The translations under genes and the position numbers were made by a program. Below the pieces are notes generated by a model, which saw only the letters and a list, made by a program, of their open reading frames with translations, was not told the DNA's origin and ran no database searches. Of a stretch of DNA of 64,000 nt, positions 12,601 to 25,004 are shown one piece after another (positions within the stretch are counted from its first letter, which is position 1; each line of letters starts with the position of its first letter). The DNA lies in the NCBI RefSeq assembly GCF_037042905.1, contig NC_087251.1:26476001-26540000 (forward strand). The letters run 5' to 3'. Source of the DNA: Lytechinus pictus (Eukaryota).

Positions 12601-15005
12601 AGTGTCCACCATATTGATTATTCCTGCTTATATACTTGACACTTTATCAGAAGTCTTAAAGTAATGCAGCACAAGTACCCTAGCTTTAGAGGAGTAACTG
12701 TTACGTGCACTGTGTTTCAAGGAATGCTCCTCACCAATTGTTACACTATACATGAGTAAAAAGCTTGAAATAAGCAACAACAAAAAAGATATATGTAGAA
12801 TACAGTATATTTCAAACAGTGATGTTGAGAACATATTCAATCTATACAGATATTTATATACAACTATGAAATGGGAATCAATAAATGAAATGAATAAATA
12901 TTAAGACTTTCACTATGTATATTTACATACTGCAGTTTGAGAGATTGGCCTTTTCAAACTATATTTAATGTATTTCATCCTTTTCAAAGTAAGAAAATGT
13001 ATTCTTTGACAAATTTAAAATGGAGATTGAAATGACTATTGCAAGATGAGGAAGTTGAAAGTTGAAGTATATATCATTTTGAAATCCTTTGTGAAATTTT
13101 AGGCCTAAAAAGATTTTCTTTAAAATACTTCTCACATTGTTAGATAAAAGACTACATATACCAGTCATTTTCAAGTATCAAAAATATTTTTTGAATTATT
13201 TGACATGTTTACCAATCACTTTAAAGACATGTCCAATGCTGAAAAGAATGAGTCTGTGCTTGAAAGACTAACTTGCAAAGTGCATCTGACATGATCCTGC
13301 AGTTTTGCACACACAGTCCTTTTCCTGCACAGAAGCAAGTGGGCGTGGTTACAACACATGGCCAAAGTATATCACATGTGGAATAAACAGTTCATAACAT
13401 GAGTATGGACCTATCATGTTTTGCAGAGCTCTTCTCTTCTTTACAATGGGGGGGGGGGGGGGGGATCCAAGGTAAAGTCTCTATTGTGTTTAATCTGTAT
13501 ACCTGTCTATCAACTGAAGGGTTCTTATCTTCTATTGTAAAGACAAGGTCAGTCAACCTTGACAAGGGATTAGATGCAAAGATAGGGCTGACAGGACTGT
13601 CTGTCTGCTGCACTCTGTTAAGAACATGCAGGTACCATAGTATGCAGACCTGTACAAACCCTTATATGCTTTTCACACTGCACATTTTTTCCTTAACCCC
13701 AGGAAATTGGTGGGGCTAAGGGGGGGGGGGGGGGTCATAGCCCTACCAATTTCCTGGGGTTAAGGTTAAGCTTAGCCCACTTCGTTTTCACACTACGTTT
13801 TAGCAAAGTGGGCTAGAACGGTAAGTAGTATGGTACTATCTGGCCCTGCAAAAAGCAGGGTTAGCAGGTTAATTGTGGTGCTAGCACCACAATTGCAGTG
13901 CTTAGAGATGCAGTGTGAAACGAAACTGGGCTAAGGAAGAGTGGGGCTAAACATTAGCCAATCACAGAAGTCGAAATTGCACGTTAATCATGCTCTGCGT
14001 GGCAAAATTATCAATATTCATGAGCTGTGCTATAGTCCGGGGTAAAGGTGTTAAGCCCGGCTAAGCAAATACATGTAGTATGGGGTTAAGAAAGACAGTG
14101 TGAAACCAAAAAACAAGATAGTATGGTTAAGGATATTCCGGGGTTAAGGATAGTATGGGGTTAAGGAAATGCAGTGTGAAAAGCATAATAGTGGTCTGAG
14201 TTATCCAGACTACAGGGACTGTAGAGGATTGTGTACATGTAGCTTGGGCCCATTGCTAGGCTTTTTTTTTCAAGACCCACTTGGTGATGTAAGTGGCAAT
14301 TGGGGTCTGTGTCTGCAGACTAGAGGTATCTCCATGGCAAAGAGCCAAAGAGCATCATTCTTGCATGACTTTATGATACAGCAATTTGAGATATTGATTA
14401 TTGAAGATCATTTTAGCAAATAAATTGATATTGATTTTAAGTATTATGAAACCTAAAACATGATAGGTGTCATACATTGCATATACAGTAAAGACTGTAA
14501 AGAAGAGCATGAGTTGTGAAATGATATCTCACTTTCTGCATTATCATAAGGTTTATAGTTTATATTTCTTATTTCACCAATTAAAATAATGTAATTGTAA
14601 CTAGATCTGCACCCCTAAGCCAGATGTGATTTCGCGGTACATGTAAATTGCACCTGAAAGATAATTTCTTGTAATTGATGGCTCTATAACTGTAATCGTA
14701 ACTTTCGTTTTATTATCTTTTACTCTTATACCCTATTTTTTCCCCTTCCTTTTTTCTTCTCCCCTTGTCTCCTCATCCTGCCCCTCTCTTTCACTCATGC
14801 AGTTCGTCTCCTGGAGAGGTCATCAACAGGGGAAGTAGCTAAAACCAATGGCATCATTCTTAACCAAAAATTATCTCACTACGATGCCGGTTCCGACTCC
14901 GACACCGACAATCATCCCAAATCAGGTCACAAGTCCCGCAAACGCTTAAAAAATGACAGCTCAGGGAGTTCGAAATCTAGCAAAAAGAAGCACGATTCAA
15001 GGTGA
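601..15005 (+). CDS. MAX: MAX (Myc-associated factor X), 5'-incomplete; join(601..618,10544..10651,11605..11728,14803..15005)
   Basis: Spliced translation [91 protein letters not shown]...SRKRLKN...HDSR* matches the MAX bHLH-Zip. All introns are GT-AG and phases are consistent. No start-codon exon found in the window. Confidence 0.95.
2903..3381. mobile_element. MITE (PIF/Harbinger-like, tentative)
   Basis: ~40-bp imperfect TIRs GAGGCCGTTCTCA...TGAGAACAGCCTC; internal 16-bp unit AAACTAGTTTCCACTA x3 near 3303-3358. Confidence 0.75.
4023..4593. mobile_element. TTAA-flanked palindromic MITE (Kolobok-like)
   Basis: TTAA|AGGAAACCAAAACCCAAGAAGAG...CTCTTCTTGGGTTTTGGTTTCCT|TTAA; arms complementary over most of the length. 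Confidence 0.85.
4795..5535. mobile_element. Non-autonomous DNA transposon, superfamily unassigned
   Basis: Perfect 24-bp TIR CCATGGACCTATGAAGAGATGGAC; TTATA on both flanks (candidate 5-bp TSD). Confidence 0.8.
6150..6731. mobile_element. TTAA-type MITE family A, left end decayed
   Basis: Right end GGGGTGGACTTGTTCT|TTAA; clearly similar to copies at 55110-56885 and 59019-59619. Confidence 0.75.
6957..7568. mobile_element. TTAA-type MITE family B
   Basis: AGGGGTACTCCAGGCTG...CAGCCCGGAGCATCCCT|TTAA; inverted homolog at 63132-63718. Confidence 0.8.
10544..10651 (+). CDS. MAX: MAX exon: basic region and helix 1
   Basis: T-rich tract+TAG acceptor; [42 protein letters not shown] donor; 108 nt. 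Confidence 0.97.
11605..11728 (+). CDS. MAX: MAX exon: helix 2 and leucine zipper
   Basis: cttcacAG acceptor; [41 protein letters not shown]+A; GTGAGT donor; 124 nt. Confidence 0.97.
13665..14187. mobile_element. MITE with TIRs and internal TAGTATGGGGTTAAG subrepeats
   Basis: TATGCTTTTCACACTGCA...TGCAGTGTGAAAAGCATA terminal inverted repeats. Confidence 0.8.
14803..15005 (+). CDS. MAX: MAX last coding exon (end of zipper, acidic patch, NLS, TGA)
   Basis: Long pyrimidine tract+CAG; phase 1 gives [67 protein letters not shown], resembling human VRALEK...FDGGSDS...SRKKLR. Confidence 0.9.
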
Positions 15006-15493
15006 TCGTATTTAGTCCTCGATTTTTATTCACATAAATTTATACACTTGTTGTTTTTTAAAGATTTTTTTTTTTAAAGGAGCAATCATTTTATTGTATT
15101 GTTCATATTCCTAGAACCTTGTGGATTTCCCATGTGTTGTCTGTCTTATTTTGTGAATGACAATGATATCAAAGCAGGAATGTGGAGAGGTGTTGAGTAA
15201 ACTTTTCAAAAGCTGAACTAGATGGGCCGGTATACAAGAAGTGTCTGTACAAGATGTGGAAATGAAGCCCTAATATTGAATCCACCAAGAAATTACTTAG
15301 TCTCTTTAATTAAGTCAGAACTCACAGGTCTGTATATCGCACTTTGGTTTAATCAAACATTGAGATATAGTTAATAACTTTCAACTATGGATAGTCAGAT
15401 GTGAAATGACTCTAAGGGGAGATGTTTGCATTATCAGTAAAAATCATCTGGAAATAAGAGATACACATGTATTTTCTTCCACAAATTATTAAT

Positions 15494-15988
15494 CCAGGGT
15501 CCCGTAACAAAAAGGTTAGCAATTGATTGTACGCTTGATTTTTATGATTGATTGTACATAATTATAGTCAATGCAATCAATCGTAGCAAAATTTTCTACG
15601 ATCATTGCTAAGCTTTGTGTTACGGGGCACTGGTGGGTGTTTCATAAAACTGTTCGTAAAATTTACGAACGACTATTATGCTTGACTGGAACATGTTCTT
15701 AGGTCATAACTCAATTACATAGGGATATCACATAGCACAAGAAAGGATCACCAGTCATGCGTAATGTCATTCGTATCTTACGAACAGCTTTATGAAACAA
15801 CCACCGGGTGGGTGGTTCATGAAGCAGTTTTGATGAACTTTATTAATGACTGGTGAATGTTTCTTCTGAGCTATTAAAATCAACATCAATTAAAATCTGG
15901 TGTTTAACATTTACCACAAGAAAGGGTCACCAGTCACACATCAAATGTCTTGTAACTTATGATCAGTTTTATGAAAAGGCTTCCAGAC
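15494..15988. mobile_element. Cluster of three short CWG/CNG-flanked MITEs in the MAX 3'UTR
   Basis: Three adjacent TIR units at ~15494-15633, ~15633-15808 and ~15809-15988. The first unit recurs at 17776-17892 and partly at 46833-46980. Confidence 0.7.
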
Positions 15989-16807
15989 TTGTGATTGACA
16001 GAAAACAAAATACAGTATGAATGAACGTTTAACACCATTGGCATTCCATAGTTAAACTACAGATCTATAGTCTATACCACGGTTCAAGTTAATCTGAAGT
16101 TCAGAAAACAGGTCGGGGGAAGCAAGTTGAGTCCATTGGTCTAAATGATTGCTTTGAGGGGGTACTAAGAGATATTTCATATATAGGTTGAAAATCAGGT
16201 ATGGTTTAGAATATGATTACCCATTTTGAAGTATCGGCTGTCTTGAGGTGTTGATTATCTTGGTTAATAGTTGCATGTATGTGGTTTAAGAATGAAGGAA
16301 TTAACGTAAAGGTAAAGAGCACGTTAAGTGATCTGTGATTGATATACAAAATGGATAGAGAGATAGGAAGAGATTGTATTCAGAGGATGTATTGTTCCAC
16401 TCCAAAGACCTCTTAGGATACAGTGTGTTAAACAGTGCACATGACTGCCATGGTTTCGTAAAGTCTTGTTCAGATATGGTATGAGAAAGACTAGCAAAAT
16501 TTCAGTCAATGGGATATGTAAGATGAACAGAACTGAAACAGATAGGAGAGACTTTTTTGTTGCCTTGCTTACATAGAAATGTAGAATTTTCTGATTCAAA
16601 TTTTAATCGCATTTGCGCAGACAGAATCATGATTTCTTATACACCTGACATTAGATGTCACAAGATATCTGCGCATCTTTTGAAAACTTTAAATAGTTGA
16701 AGCATGTAATGCACATTGGGCAATTTGTCTCACCATGTGTGAACACCATACACAAATGTTGCCGAGCTGGGTCTTACTATATCTGAACGAGGCATATTGT
16801 TTAGTCC

Positions 16808-16982
16808 CATGACATTTGCTCCGGTGACAATTGCTCTGGCTACAATTGCTCTGCTCAAAATTCCCACACTAATCGAATAACCAACTTAAACCCTGGATTT
16901 CACACTATACCTTACCCTAAACCTAACCCTACATCTTAGAAGAAATTAAGCCTGGAGCAATTGTCGCAGGAGCAAATGTTGT
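16808..16982. mobile_element. Short TIR element with internal CCTAACCCT motif
   Basis: ACATTTGCTCCGGTGACAATTGCTC...GAGCAATTGTCGCAGGAGCAAATGT inverted repeat. Confidence 0.65.
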
Positions 16983-17775
16983 GTTACCATTGTTTTAACC
17001 AATTTACTGACCATTGACTTCTAATTCTATATTATATAAAGCTGGGTAATATGAGGGGCATTTCATTACGTATGTTGTCAGTGATTTTCACTGACAAATT
17101 TGCTCTCAGCTAATCGGATGCAAGGGTTTTAATAGCTCATAAACAGTTTTTAGTGAAAATGATTGACAAAAAAGCATCTCGAAAGGCTCCCAATATTACA
17201 TACTTGCTGAGTTAATGGCATTTAGACACAGGGATATTCCAATGCTATTCACTCAGCTACTTGTATGTGATGTAACAAAGGATACTGTAGGTATAATGTG
17301 TACAAAATGAGATGTTGGCAATAAAAGACTGCTGCATATTTGAATGAGGAACAATATAAGGGACCTTTCTCTTAATGTAATCCTATTGAACTTGTTTGTT
17401 CTGCAAAATTTAAAGAAAAATGTAAAGCAGATTCTATGCTATATTTTCAGAAGCCAGAAATATTGCTACAAGGTCGTCATTTGCAGTAGGCTATGGAGAG
17501 CTTGGATAGAACCCACTCTAAATAGCATATCATTCTGAATGGCAATGGTATACATTTCACATTCTGATCATCAAACTACAGGCCCCTTTTCCTACAATTT
17601 TTTTTTTTTAAAATAATCACAACTGCTCAGTTTAGATGATACATTTGAGCATAAACAATGAAATAGCATTATTTCAATAGGTATTAATGATATGTAACAT
17701 TAATCATGTGTCATTGATAAAATTATGAGAATGGGCCTGTTGTTTATGACATGTGAAAGGATTTATTCATATCTT

Positions 17776-17892
17776 GGGCCGGTAACACAAAGGTTAGCGA
17801 TTGATCGTATGATTGTACATTGTGGTCATTGCAATCAATCATAAAGATACTCTTCCACAATGATTGCTAAGCTTTGTGTTATGGGCCCCCGG
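17776..17892. mobile_element. Short MITE (same family as 15494-15633)
   Basis: GGGCCGGTAACACAAAGGTTAGCGAT...ATTGCTAAGCTTTGTGTTATGGGCCC. Confidence 0.7.
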
Positions 17893-19853
17893 TTTACTTC
17901 TCACATTTAGTTGCATTACATATATGAAAAAGATCTATACTGAATGGAACATGAAGGTATTATTCCCATTTTTTTTAAACACTGGATTGTCAAAAGTTTT
18001 GTGGAATCATATTGATTAGATGACTATAAGTAGAATTATTTGATTAGTATCATATTTTGTATGATATTTAGATAAAATAGTTTTGAATTGATGGAGATGA
18101 GATTTATTAAGAGTATTTATTAAAAGTGGAAGGAGATCTGGTGTCTGATATTAAAAATGATTTGAATAAAACTGATACCCCCTATAAAATAAATTTGATG
18201 GAATTGGGAAGAGTAGATAGGGATGAAGTTCAAGTTTTTTTTTTGGTGTACACATACAAAGATCTTACAAGGATTTGATTTGAATAGGTAAGAATATGAG
18301 AAACGAGTGTATTTAAGATTTGTTTTTTCTTCTCCCTCCTCTATCCTTGAAATTACTAAGCTTGCCTAGGACATTGGATATGTTTGGTGTAATGTCTCCT
18401 GAAAACAAAGAATGTTATCTATTTTTGTATGTATTTATTTGCTATGCATTTCACAATATTTCATTTATTGCTTTCTTCACACATTCATTGGAATAATTCA
18501 CAAAATAAATATTTTGGTTGTCGAACTTGATAGTGATATTTAAAGATCGGCAATTCCAACATATTTTCATAGACTTTTGTCAATTGTAAATGTGAAAAAA
18601 AGATTTGAATAAGTGGTCTTTTCTGTATGGAATAATCAGATTGGAAAAGAGGTTTGCAAGCTAATATTTTATTCTTTTGTTGAAACTAGTAACAAAACAA
18701 GATTTTGATAATGTTAAAAATGAAATCAACCAGTGTACAGTTAACCATTAACTTTGTCCTTCAATAATACTCAAATAGTACAATTGTGAAAATGATCAAC
18801 CCTGTATTTGGTTAATTGGTGATCTTTTTAGGGGGTTCAATATGTTGTTAACCAGTAATACATATTTCAAATTGTCTATTGGAGCCAAGTTATGGAGGTG
18901 ATGTAATTTACTATCAGTCGCACACCAAATGACTTTCGGGAAAATAATGGACATTTTTGTTATTGAGTATTATGGTACGTGTATGTTGGCAAACTTGTAT
19001 CTTATGTGGATGAGTTGATGCAGAGATTCTCTTTGTTACAAATCAAAATAGTTTTTTTTAATGTAAAAACCTCTATAAATTACTTGTTATTCCAAGTAAG
19101 TATTAAAGGAAGTTTGACGTAATGAAACTTTCAGAAAGAAGATTTTTTTTTTGTTCTGTTTTGTTTATGCATTGATGCTCTTGGAATAGATTATTTATGA
19201 AGATGATCATATTGATTTCCTCAGTCTCAATATGTATTTTATGTGGCATTTTACGTTCTTAAATGAATTTTTATCATTAATTTTGCTTATCAAATTGACA
19301 TTGTGAATCAACATATCAGCATTTAAATATAATTTGAAAATTTCAGGGAATAAGTGTTTAACTTGTGACTGCTGGTATAAAAGGAAGAATATATGCATCA
19401 GTACACCAATACATTTTGATTTTGTTCAAGGATAAATGCATAGGACTTTCTTATGTAAGAAATTGTGTCTGGTTGGGATGAGATGTTTTTGTTGAATTTT
19501 GTTTGTCTTTGTTATGTTTTCCTACATTGTACCAGAGTATTTAAGATGGTATCGATAAACCCTACAAACTGTATTGAAGAAAGGGATTTAACAAGGAGAA
19601 TAATTAATGAGCACTTCGAAGAATGGATGATTATATTTATGACGGCGATGTGTATTGGCCAAGGCGAAATGAATAGTTGGACAAAAATGTTTTGTTTTAT
19701 TGTGTACATAGAGACAAAGAAAGAGAATTCATTATTTTTATCTTCCAATTTTACAATATTCACTGTAGATACTCAGAAGACTGGGACGCAGTACTCAGAA
19801 AACTAATACTTTTTTGTATAACTAAATGAAATGTACAACAAATCTGTGTACAA

Positions 19854-19859
19854 AATAAA
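19854..19859 (+). terminator. Candidate proximal MAX polyadenylation signal
   Basis: AATAAA preceded by several TGTA motifs; no transcript evidence. Confidence 0.35.
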
Positions 19860-20241
19860 AGCAAGATTTGTTCCAAATACCAATTAAGCAAGTGTCGTTC
19901 CAACAAATTTGGGCCTAATTCTTATGATAATTGAAACTTGGTTTTAAACCAAAGTTTGGATGATTTCAATCCCCCTAATTTCCTCAGTGATTACATACAA
20001 CATCCAAGATAAAAAGCATTGATTGCTTGATTATAAAAAAGAATGAATTTTGGATGGTTACTGCCTGGTCGTGGTTACCTTAAAGTATTGAGTAAAAGCC
20101 ACTCATACAATCATTGGTACAGTTGATGTACACATTATTTAATTCTACCAAAATCAATATGTAATAGTCACCTAGTACACATTTTCTACTAGAACTGTAC
20201 ACCAAAGTGCACACAATGATGTTACTGGGTCATGTCCTTAA

Positions 20242-20494
20242 AAGGGAAGTTCACCCTTAAGAAAAGTTTGTTGTAAAAATAGCAGAAAATGTTCAATTTT
20301 CCAAGGAAATTTCATTGATTTTTTTTACCATTCGCTATGTAGGAATGCTGCTCGCATGTGTCGTCACAAATCAAATAATTAAAATTCTAATAACTTTTTA
20401 ATTCTTTGGATTTTTCTCACACCTTACGCAATATTTTTTATTATTTTTTTCTGCTATTTTAACAAGAAACTTTTTGTCAAGGTGAATTTCCCCT
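20242..20494. mobile_element. TTAA-type MITE
   Basis: TTAA|AAGGGAAGTTCACC...GGTGAATTTCCCCT|TTAA. Confidence 0.75.
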
Positions 20495-21711
20495 TTAATA
20501 ATAGTAGTTGAAACTGAGACACCTTTTCCCATTGCTTAGCAATATTTTATTTGTCACATTAAAAAGTTAAATGAAGTTTGTGTGAAAGTTTTGCATAACT
20601 ATTGAGTATGGGGAGCAAAAGTTTCCAAGTTTCTATTTCCAAATTTCAAATGAGTAATTTTTGAGTTAGAACTAGAAGTCATGCTAAACTCTACACAAAA
20701 CTCAACTGCCGCCATTTTGTTTTTGTTTAGTCATGCAAGTGACAAATCTTATTCAGTTTTAGTATGGTTATATTATAAGCTTGTACAGGTGTGTACTGTT
20801 TGAGTTTCATAAGAAGATTTGTACAGGTTTGAGATGATATGATTTTATTTGCTTTATCAGCTCAATGCTTTATACATTATATTGCGCAGGTATATTTGGT
20901 GGTATCAGAAATGTTAGGTCAATTTCATACAGATGAAAATTAGAGAGAAAGAAGTCTTGGTGCATTAAGACAATGTTATTGTCATATTCATTTTATATCA
21001 ACCTGATATACAAGTGGAAGCTTACATCTTGTTTGTAATTGACCAGTTTAAAATGTTGAATTGAGTAAGCCAAGGTGCAATGGATGAAAATTGTTGTTAC
21101 ACAAGTCAAAACATGTACTACGTCCAATTTTTCAGGGATTCGCTGCTTAAGTAATTATTTTGGTTGTGTTTGGAACTTAATTGCTTTGTTGGAAACACTT
21201 AAAAGAGTATCTTGTGGCCCATTTGCTCAAATCGATTGAGCTAGGTAGGTAAATGATAAGGACCTTATAAAAAGATTTCTTTTAACTTGTGCAGCGATTC
21301 AGTACTGTAAGAAGTACAGGATTCGATTATGTTGAGGAAATGGCGTTAACGAGTAATGTACATTTATATGTAATAGGATAATGGCTGTAATGTTGTTCAA
21401 TAACATTTAGGTGAATTCCTTGTGTCTTTGCTAGCAATGAATGTCGATTTGTGAAAAAGTTGTGATTTTTATTATATCAGAATGTTTTTTTTTTGGTTTT
21501 GTTTCTTATTCTCACCGGAATGTGAAGAACTTTGTATATAGGAGAAAGAGCTAGCACTGGTTTATGTACTGGGAGCTATAATGCTTTGATATATTATGCA
21601 CACTCTTAATGGAAAGAGCTGTAGAAAGAGAGGGGTGATGATGGACAGGTAGTTGTGTTCATAGATATGTTTATGTGTACATGGAAGGAGAAAGAAGATA
21701 TTTGATACAGA

Positions 21712-21717
21712 AATAAA
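21712..21717 (+). terminator. Candidate distal MAX polyadenylation signal
   Basis: AATAAA followed about 35 nt later by a GT/T-rich tract (GTGTTTTTTGTGTTTTTATTGTGTTT); the T/G-rich + strand composition fades just after it. Confidence 0.5.
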
Positions 21718-22129
21718 AAGCTTTTTTGGTGTAGAAATTATAAGAGAACCGTGTTTTTTGTGTTTTTATTGTGTTTAACTAGGATAATTATTTTGTGTAT
21801 ATTGAGAGGCAAGTGGAAATGATTACAGTAGACAAGATTTTTACATGTAGTTTTACATGTAGTTTTAAAGGGAGTCCAAAACGTGTTTATTCATCTATTC
21901 GATCTGCTGAACAGATTTCCATGGTTCTAAGAATTTTGACTTGGGCAGATAAATTTCTAAGAATATTACATTACATGAAAACACAAAAACCCAGTAACTA
22001 GTAGAGCTTTGATATTATTATCCATTCATCAGATTCAATAAATCTTGCCAGTATAAAACTTCTGTACACTCTGCACTCCATCTTCTTCTTTTTTTGTCTT
22101 TTGCCCTATTGCATACTGTCAGATAGGTC

Positions 22130-22994
22130 AAAATTGGGCAAAATAGTGATTTTCCAATTTTGTTTTAAAAAAACCTGAAAATCCTTCGAAACCATCCGAC
22201 ATTTTCTAGGGTTTTCTAGCATCAAGTTTGATTGATGTACAAAAAATAAAAAAGATCAGAGAGACGTTAGGACTTATGGGTCTTTCACCCTACTGCTTGG
22301 TTGCAGCGAGGGATAAATTTTGAAAAGTGTAATTTATGAAAAAAAAAAAACATGAACATTTTATTATATTTTATTCTATCCTGGATAATTTTTTCTTTCT
22401 CCATCCTTCTGGTTCAGTCGATAATAATTAACATAACAATTAAAACAGGAAAAGAAATTGGTCATCTTGTGTATATATGATAATCATCACTGCTATTTTC
22501 ATGATGATCACCATCCTCTACTCTCCTTATCATTTGTATGATCATACTTTTCATATGATTAATCATAACTATTATAATGTTCTACCCTTAGTTATTGGGG
22601 AGATGACAATACAAGGAATCCCCCATCTGAAATATTGGGGGATATATCTGCCCCCTCATCTCGGAATCAACACCTATGATCCAAACATATCTTTTGTTTA
22701 TTTTTGGTATATTGTTCCGATATGATGCTGGAAAATTGCTGAGAACCACAACAGATTGTTTTGAGGGGTCTGAGGTATTTTATGGACACAGTTGGAAAAT
22801 CACTAGTTCGCTCAATTTTGGTCTATTTGACAAGACGCTGTACAACAAAAGACCAAAAAATCTGAACATTTCCAATCTTCTTTACTTTTGGTATATCAAT
22901 CAAACTTGATGCTGGAAAATCACTGAGAACCACAAAGGATGGTATCGAGGGGTTTTCGGGTCTTTTTTCAATTTTTTCTCATTTTTGGCTAATT
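22130..22994. mobile_element. Old element with ~120-bp imperfect terminal inverted repeats
   Basis: TTTTCTAGCATCAAGTTTGATTGAT (~22215) vs ATCAATCAAACTTGATGCTGGAAAA (~22900); internal direct duplication ~22690-22790. Confidence 0.6.
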
Positions 22995-24530
22995 CTACAA
23001 GTAATATACAGTGGTCAATGAGACATGATCCCTGTAGACATTCAATATGTTTAATCCCCCCCCCCCCAACAAAAATAACATCAAAAACTGAAAGGAAAAA
23101 TTGAATACTGAAAAACTTTCAATTTCACTCACCCACATGTCATGCTAAAAGGTACGATGTTGAAGATGCCAAGAATAACACAAAGATGTCTGCAGTATAA
23201 TATGGATCCATTACAATCTCAAAATCCCATTTAAGTATCGCATGATGGTACTTCACAAACAGCCAATGCTCGGTTGAATATTGTAATGGTAAAAAAACAG
23301 AGTGACATATGGTCCATATCCTATCATTAACTACAGCATTTAAAGGAAATCATTCAGTGAGCTACAGACACAAATGGTTTTGGTGCTGTTTTTTGTGGCA
23401 ATTTCTTACAGGGGCTTCAGGTATGCCTAAGAAAAGATTATTCATAGCAACACACCTGGCTAATTGTATAATCCATTGAAGATGCATTTCTTTGTAAGCT
23501 CCCAGCTGATATGGCCGCCATAGGTTGCATTGCTCTGAAGTAGACTGGGCATGTGAAATTTTATGGGTCTTTTTAGTGGTGGCCCTACACAATTTATGCA
23601 TGGTATCTATAAGTAATTTTTTTGCTAATGAATGAGTTTAACAGTTGGAATCCTGACTATTCACTACTTGTTGCTATGTCTGGCAAGACAGAAGCTTCCA
23701 GGTGTCACCCCAGGAGACATTCCTGGAAGTCATTTAACGTACCTAGCATTCATGTCTTTGAACATGCTTATAAACCATTCTCGAGAGGAAATCAATCAAC
23801 ATGTAATGCATAACAAAGATAAAAAGGTTTCCTTGTCAAAGAGGGCCTCTTTAGCTACCCCCCCCCCCACCCCCGACTTAATGTACATGTATATTGATCA
23901 TAACTCCAGGGAGGGAACTGACAAAAGAACAATTCATTTACCGGTATCCATATATAAATATGAATAAAATGGATTACGTAATTGAAGAGTAACATATTGA
24001 TATGCAAGTAGAGAAAATATATATTCGGCACAAACCCTTTCTCAAATCACTATACTGCATGACATTAGAATCTGTACTTGACCCCAGTAATTATAGAACC
24101 AAAAGATTGGGAGTGAGATGGACCCATGCAGCCCCACCAAGATCTCGGTTGCTCAACTACTCCACAAAATTGTTAATTAGAATTAATTATACTATTTATG
24201 CTGAAGTTCATGAAACAAATTCTCTAAACTGCTCATTTACTTTGGTCTTCATACCATGTGAGTTTCTGATCAATTCTGTAGGAAATTTGTTTTCCTTTTT
24301 ATTTTATTTTTTCTGAATTTCTGCTTTATTTTTTTTTACTTCCTTTAAAAAAAAGAAATTTGATGACACTATTTTGATCATAAGCACCATGAAATGGACT
24401 TCTAATTACTCCTCAAAATTAAATATAATCATGCAATATGAATATGTAAATGTTTTATTCACTATAGATATGAAATCTTGTTTTTTGAGCAACTTATGGC
24501 TTTCACCCAGTGAATACAATCGCATTGATC

Positions 24531-24969
24531 ACCGGGGGGGGGGGGGGGGGGGGCACTCACATATATTGGAGTTAGGGGGACGTGCCGCTTTGATGACCTC
24601 CTTTTTCAGATCTAATTTTCAGTTCTCTAGATACTCTGAATGACAAAAGTTCAGTTCAGAAGCCGCCCAGCCCCCCTCGCAAGACCCCCGTTACGAAACA
24701 TCTCAGTTCCCCAGCACCGTGTACCGCATGCGAGAGGATGCACATATGGCTTCAAACTACCTACATGTAACTAGTAGCCGCTCCATGCATAGCTTGCGCA
24801 TGCACAGCGCTATACCTACAGTGCCGTGATCCCGTTCCGTAGACCCTGTTTTTCACACACCGCAGTATACATTCAGTTCCCAAGACCCCATACTTTACCC
24901 TTTTAGCCAGTTCCTTAGACCCCCATTTCAGAGTTTCGTGAGACACACCCCCATCAAAAAATAATTTGA

Positions 24970-25003
<34 letters not shown>

Positions 25004-25004
25004 G
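24531..25004. mobile_element. TIR element with poly-G/poly-C ends
   Basis: (A)CCGGG(G)nCACTCA...TGAGTG(C)nCCCGGG; ATTGATC duplicated on both flanks (7-bp TSD). Confidence 0.8.

Noticed and set aside
16905..16935. CCCTAAACCTAACCCT as telomeric repeat or telomerase template
   Set aside because: Short, degenerate and inside a TIR element; no telomerase-RNA context.
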